Of a DNA stretch of 64,000 nt, positions 60,591 through 64,000 are shown piece after piece; within the stretch, counting starts at the first letter, position 1, and each line of letters begins with the position of its first letter. The notes under the pieces were generated by a model that was not told the origin of the DNA, made no database searches, and worked only from the letters and a program-made list of their open reading frames with translations. The DNA is from Pelagibacteraceae bacterium AG-337-G06 (GTDB taxonomy: Bacteria > Pseudomonadota > Alphaproteobacteria > Pelagibacterales > AG-422-B15), in assembly GCA_003282175.1 (NCBI GenBank), contig QBZX01000004.1, forward strand, positions 71,853-135,852, read 5' to 3'. Both the position numbers and the translations under genes were made by a program.

Positions 60591-62306
60591 ATGAAATTTG
60601 ATAAAAATAAATTACCAAGTCGTCACGTATCTGTTGGTCCAGAGAGAGCACCTCATAGATCATATTATTATGCCATGGGAATGAACGAAGACGACATAGG
60701 CAAACCCTTTGTGGGCGTTGTATCTACTTGGAATGAAGCGGCTCCGTGCAATATTGCTCTAATGAGACAGGCGCAATCAGTAAAAAAAGGGGTCACTGAA
60801 GCTGATGGAACTCCAAGGGAATTTTGCACAATTACAGTTACCGATGGTATTGCAATGGGGCACCAAGGCATGAAGTCATCTTTAGTTTCTCGTGAGGTAA
60901 TAGCTGACTCTACTGAACTTACAGTTAGGGGACACTGCTATGATGCAATAGTTGGACTGGCAGGATGTGACAAGTCTCTCCCAGGACTTATGATGGCTAT
61001 GTGTCGTTTAAACGTTCCAAGTGTTTTTATGTATGGAGGAAGTATTCTTCCAGGAAAATATAAAGGCAAAGATGTTACTGTAGTTGATGTATTTGAGGCG
61101 GTCGGGAAGTATTCGTCTGGTAATGCGACTGAAGAAGAATTGCATGAACTTGAGTGTGTTGCCTGTCCAAGTGCTGGAGCATGTGGAGGTCAGTTTACTG
61201 CGAATACTATGGCATGCGTTTCAGAAGCAATTGGATTAGCGTTACCATATTCCTCTGGAGCCCCTGCTCCTTATGAGGAAAGAGATAAATATGCATTCGA
61301 GGCTGGTAAGCAAGTCATGCAATTGATTGAAAAAAATATTAGACCTAGAGATATTGTTACAAAAAAATCGCTTGAAAATGCAGCAACAATTGTTGCTGCT
61401 ACCGGCGGCTCTACTAACGCAGGACTTCACTTGCCCGCAATCGCTAATGAGTGTGGTATCAAATTTGATTTAGATGATGTAGTCGAAATATTTAAACGCA
61501 CCCCATATCTTGCTGATCTAAAACCGGGTGGTCAGTACGTTGCCAAAGATGTTTATGAAGCTGGAGGTGTACCTATCATCATAAAAACTTTATATGAAGG
61601 TGGTTATATTCACGGAGACTGTATGACGGTTACCGGTAAAACAATCAAAGAAAATTTAGATAGCGTACAATTCAATAAACAGCAAAAAGTAATTCGTTCA
61701 CATGACAATCCTCTAAGTCCTACGGGAGGCGTTGTAGGCTTGAAAGGAAATTTAGCACCTGATGGAGCGATAGTAAAAGTTGCGGGAATGGAAAATCTAA
61801 AGTTCAAAGGTAAAGCTATTTGTTTCGACTGCGAGGAAGATGCTTTTGAATGTGTAAAGAATGAAAATTATAAAGAAGGCGATGTCTTTGTTATTCGTTA
61901 TGAGGGACCCAAAGGAGGCCCAGGTATGAGAGAAATGTTATCAACTACTGCCGCAATATATGGACAAGGCATGGGTGATAAAGTAGCACTTATAACTGAT
62001 GGTCGTTTTAGCGGAGCAACAAGAGGATTTTGTGTTGGACATGTATCACCTGAAGCTGCAGTTTGTGGGACAATTGCTTTAGTTCATGATGGCGACGAAA
62101 TAATACTAGATGCTGAATTAGGTGAAATTCAACTCAACGTATCAGAAAAGGTTCTGGAAGAAAGAAAGAGTGAATGGAAAGAGAGGGAAACTGACTTTAA
62201 CTCAGGGACGCTTTGGAAATACTCAAAAACAGTAGGTTCTGCAACATCTGGAGCGGTTACTCATCCAGGAGCAAAGGAAGAAACACATACTTACGCTGAT
62301 ATCTAA
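60591..62306 (+). CDS. ilvD: Dihydroxy-acid dehydratase (IlvD/Edd family)
   Basis: [41 protein letters not shown] and TDGRFSGA. Confidence 0.93.
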   Translation: MKFDKNKLPSRHVSVGPERAPHRSYYYAMGMNEDDIGKPFVGVVSTWNEAAPCNIALMRQAQSVKKGVTEADGTPREFCTITVTDGIAMGHQGMKSSLVSREVIADSTELTVRGHCYDAIVGLAGCDKSLPGLMMAMCRLNVPSVFMYGGSILPGKYKGKDVTVVDVFEAVGKYSSGNATEEELHELECVACPSAGACGGQFTANTMACVSEAIGLALPYSSGAPAPYEERDKYAFEAGKQVMQLIEKNIRPRDIVTKKSLENAATIVAATGGSTNAGLHLPAIANECGIKFDLDDVVEIFKRTPYLADLKPGGQYVAKDVYEAGGVPIIIKTLYEGGYIHGDCMTVTGKTIKENLDSVQFNKQQKVIRSHDNPLSPTGGVVGLKGNLAPDGAIVKVAGMENLKFKGKAICFDCEEDAFECVKNENYKEGDVFVIRYEGPKGGPGMREMLSTTAAIYGQGMGDKVALITDGRFSGATRGFCVGHVSPEAAVCGTIALVHDGDEIILDAELGEIQLNVSEKVLEERKSEWKERETDFNSGTLWKYSKTVGSATSGAVTHPGAKEETHTYADI

Positions 62307-62478
62307 GCTTCACTTTTCAATATCTTAGTAAAAATGGTAAATTAAGGCTAATTTCTTAAGAATCCCCAGAAAATGATGATTTAAATGTATCTAATTTTCT
62401 TGAAAAATTATCACTATTAACTGATACTTAATTTATTAAATTTTAATAGGGGAGATTCCTTAAGAGGAGTTATTTAAC

Positions 62479-63828
62479 ATGACTTTTATTGTTTCAATTT
62501 TAAAAAAATTTTTTGTAGTAATCACATTAGTTTTATTTACTTTTCTTAATGCTAGCGCAGAAACGTTGACAAATATGGTTAATCAAATTCTTGATAGCCA
62601 TGAAGATATTATAAACGCAAAGAAAGAACTGGAAGAGGCAGATAGAGATATAACGGATGCTATTTTAGCATACGCTCCAGACTTATCAGTAAAATACGAG
62701 TCTGGACGTAATGATAAATATGGTGCTGCCTCAGATTCTAGCAATTCACAGTTGAATTTTAAAACATGGGACTGGACATGGAAGCAAAAAATTATGGACT
62801 CTGGCGCAACGCTAAATGGCATAAGAAATAAACAGCTTGAATCAGAAAAATCTGAGTTAGATTTTATAACTGCCAGAAATGACTTACTGATTGAAGCAGC
62901 TGATGCTTATCTCGGATTAATAAAAGCCGGTGAAAAATTAGATGCCTCTGTTGCTGCAGAAGAGAATACAAGAGCCACATCTGGTCAGGAAGAGATCAGA
63001 GTACAAGTTGGTTCTGGTTTGGCGTCAGATGTACTTAAAGCTAAACGTCAATTAGCAAGCGCGCAAAAAACTGTAATAACAGACGAAAAGAGTTTTAAAT
63101 CAGCAGTATTTACTTTTGAAAAACTTTTTAAAATAGATGCAGTCGAAACAAGTTCTCTTGTTAAACCAAGGTTAAGCCCTGAAGCTCTAGCATTAGTTCC
63201 AAACTCAATGGATGCAACAGTAGAATTAGCACTAGCAAACAATAGAGATTTAATGAAATCTAAGATGGATGTAGATATTGCGAGAAACGATCTAAACGTT
63301 GCTCTCGCAGGTTTTGGACCATCTGTTGATGGTGAAATAAAATATTCTGACAAAAAAGATGCATCTCATACTGGTGGATCGCATTATGAGGAACAACTTA
63401 AGGTAACCGTTGAGTTCCCAATTTCTGGAATATATATGGAATTGCCAAGTTATTTGAATGATCGTTCCGCGTTAGATAGGGCAATTAATGACCTAGCTGT
63501 GAAGGAGAGAGATACAGTCAAAAAAGCAAAGGATGCCTGGATTGAATATTCAAATGCAAGAACGATGCTATCGTATAGTGAAAATGAGGCTACTATTGCA
63601 CAAGAACTTTTGACAATTGCTAAAAAAGAAAGGGCCGCTGATCAAACTGATGCCGCCGCCGTTCTATCTGCTGAGGAAGCTCTAGAAAGTTCATTAAAAG
63701 ATTTGTCTGATGATAGTATGTCTCTTTTGACTTCCGTTTATGAAATTCTTGATGTGATTAATTTGCTTGAACCGTCAATTATTGAAAATACAAAGATTGA
63801 AGGAACATTTAATGCTTCATCATCTTAA
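62479..63828 (+). CDS. TolC-family outer membrane efflux / type I secretion channel
   Basis: Signal peptide, two helical-barrel repeats (AYAPDLSV, AGFGPSVD) and a GAGGAG SD. Confidence 0.85.
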   Translation: MTFIVSILKKFFVVITLVLFTFLNASAETLTNMVNQILDSHEDIINAKKELEEADRDITDAILAYAPDLSVKYESGRNDKYGAASDSSNSQLNFKTWDWTWKQKIMDSGATLNGIRNKQLESEKSELDFITARNDLLIEAADAYLGLIKAGEKLDASVAAEENTRATSGQEEIRVQVGSGLASDVLKAKRQLASAQKTVITDEKSFKSAVFTFEKLFKIDAVETSSLVKPRLSPEALALVPNSMDATVELALANNRDLMKSKMDVDIARNDLNVALAGFGPSVDGEIKYSDKKDASHTGGSHYEEQLKVTVEFPISGIYMELPSYLNDRSALDRAINDLAVKERDTVKKAKDAWIEYSNARTMLSYSENEATIAQELLTIAKKERAADQTDAAAVLSAEEALESSLKDLSDDSMSLLTSVYEILDVINLLEPSIIENTKIEGTFNASSS

Positions 63829-63881
63829 TGAACACTTAGGTAAAGATAATTAGTAAGTTTAAATTAGAAAGGAACAATTAA

Positions 63882-64000
63882 ATGCCAGTAACTCAAGCAG
63901 AAGCTCAAGAGTTTTTTCAAGAAGTTGCTTCTGCAGCTTCACCCGAAGAACAGCAGGCATTAATTCAAGAATACGCAGCCAATAATGATAACCCTGATGA
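63882..64000 (+). CDS. 5' end of an ORF running off the window (MPVTQAEAQEFFQEVASAASPEEQQALIQEYAANNDNPD...)
   Basis: AAAGGAA SD, ATG at 63882, frame open to the window edge, no N-terminal signal peptide in the visible 39 codons. Confidence 0.65.
   Translation, partial: MPVTQAEAQEFFQEVASAASPEEQQALIQEYAANNDNPD

Noticed and set aside
62417-62431. TTAA-N7-TTAA CtrA-like box upstream of the TolC gene
   Set aside because: An all-AT motif expected many times in such AT-rich DNA; it also lacks the terminal C of TTAAC.

Overview
A very AT-rich, extremely compact stretch of a bacterial chromosome. Gene content and order (folK-spoT-pyrE-pdxJ-acpS-lepB-rnc-era-recO, nrdR-rib-nusB, bamE/cbp3-plsX-ihfA-merR, hom-glpX-recJ, pcm-popZ-like-valS, aapJQMP) indicate a genome-streamlined alphaproteobacterium, probably marine; the lineage cannot be fixed from sequence alone. 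The window holds about 63 CDS, mostly housekeeping, six tRNAs (Ser-GCT, Glu-TTC, Pro-TGG, Arg-TCT, Asn-GTT, Cys-GCA; all CCA-encoded), a clear TPP riboswitch and two good hairpins. I found no transposase, integrase, CRISPR array, rRNA or obvious pseudogene. Accessory genes sit next to tRNAs: alternative oxidase, an Fe-S-free (6-4)-type photolyase, glutathione peroxidase, NhaD, thiBP, agmatine catabolism, a Sel1 protein and a wHTH-TPR protein. I see no clear-cut new multi-gene system. The best leads are: (i) a pair of NrdR-box-like sites with canonical 31-bp phasing upstream of an amino-acid ABC transporter rather than an nrd operon; (ii) an orphan MarR-like wHTH-TPR fusion wedged between tRNA-Asn and tRNA-Cys; (iii) a long structured leader of metY with partial SAM-II/SAM-V resemblance; (iv) a TPP-controlled thiBP lacking thiQ and fused to nhaD-gpx-photolyase; (v) a divergent PopZ-like gene; (vi) a TolC gene followed by an ORF that runs off the right edge, possibly a type I secretion locus.
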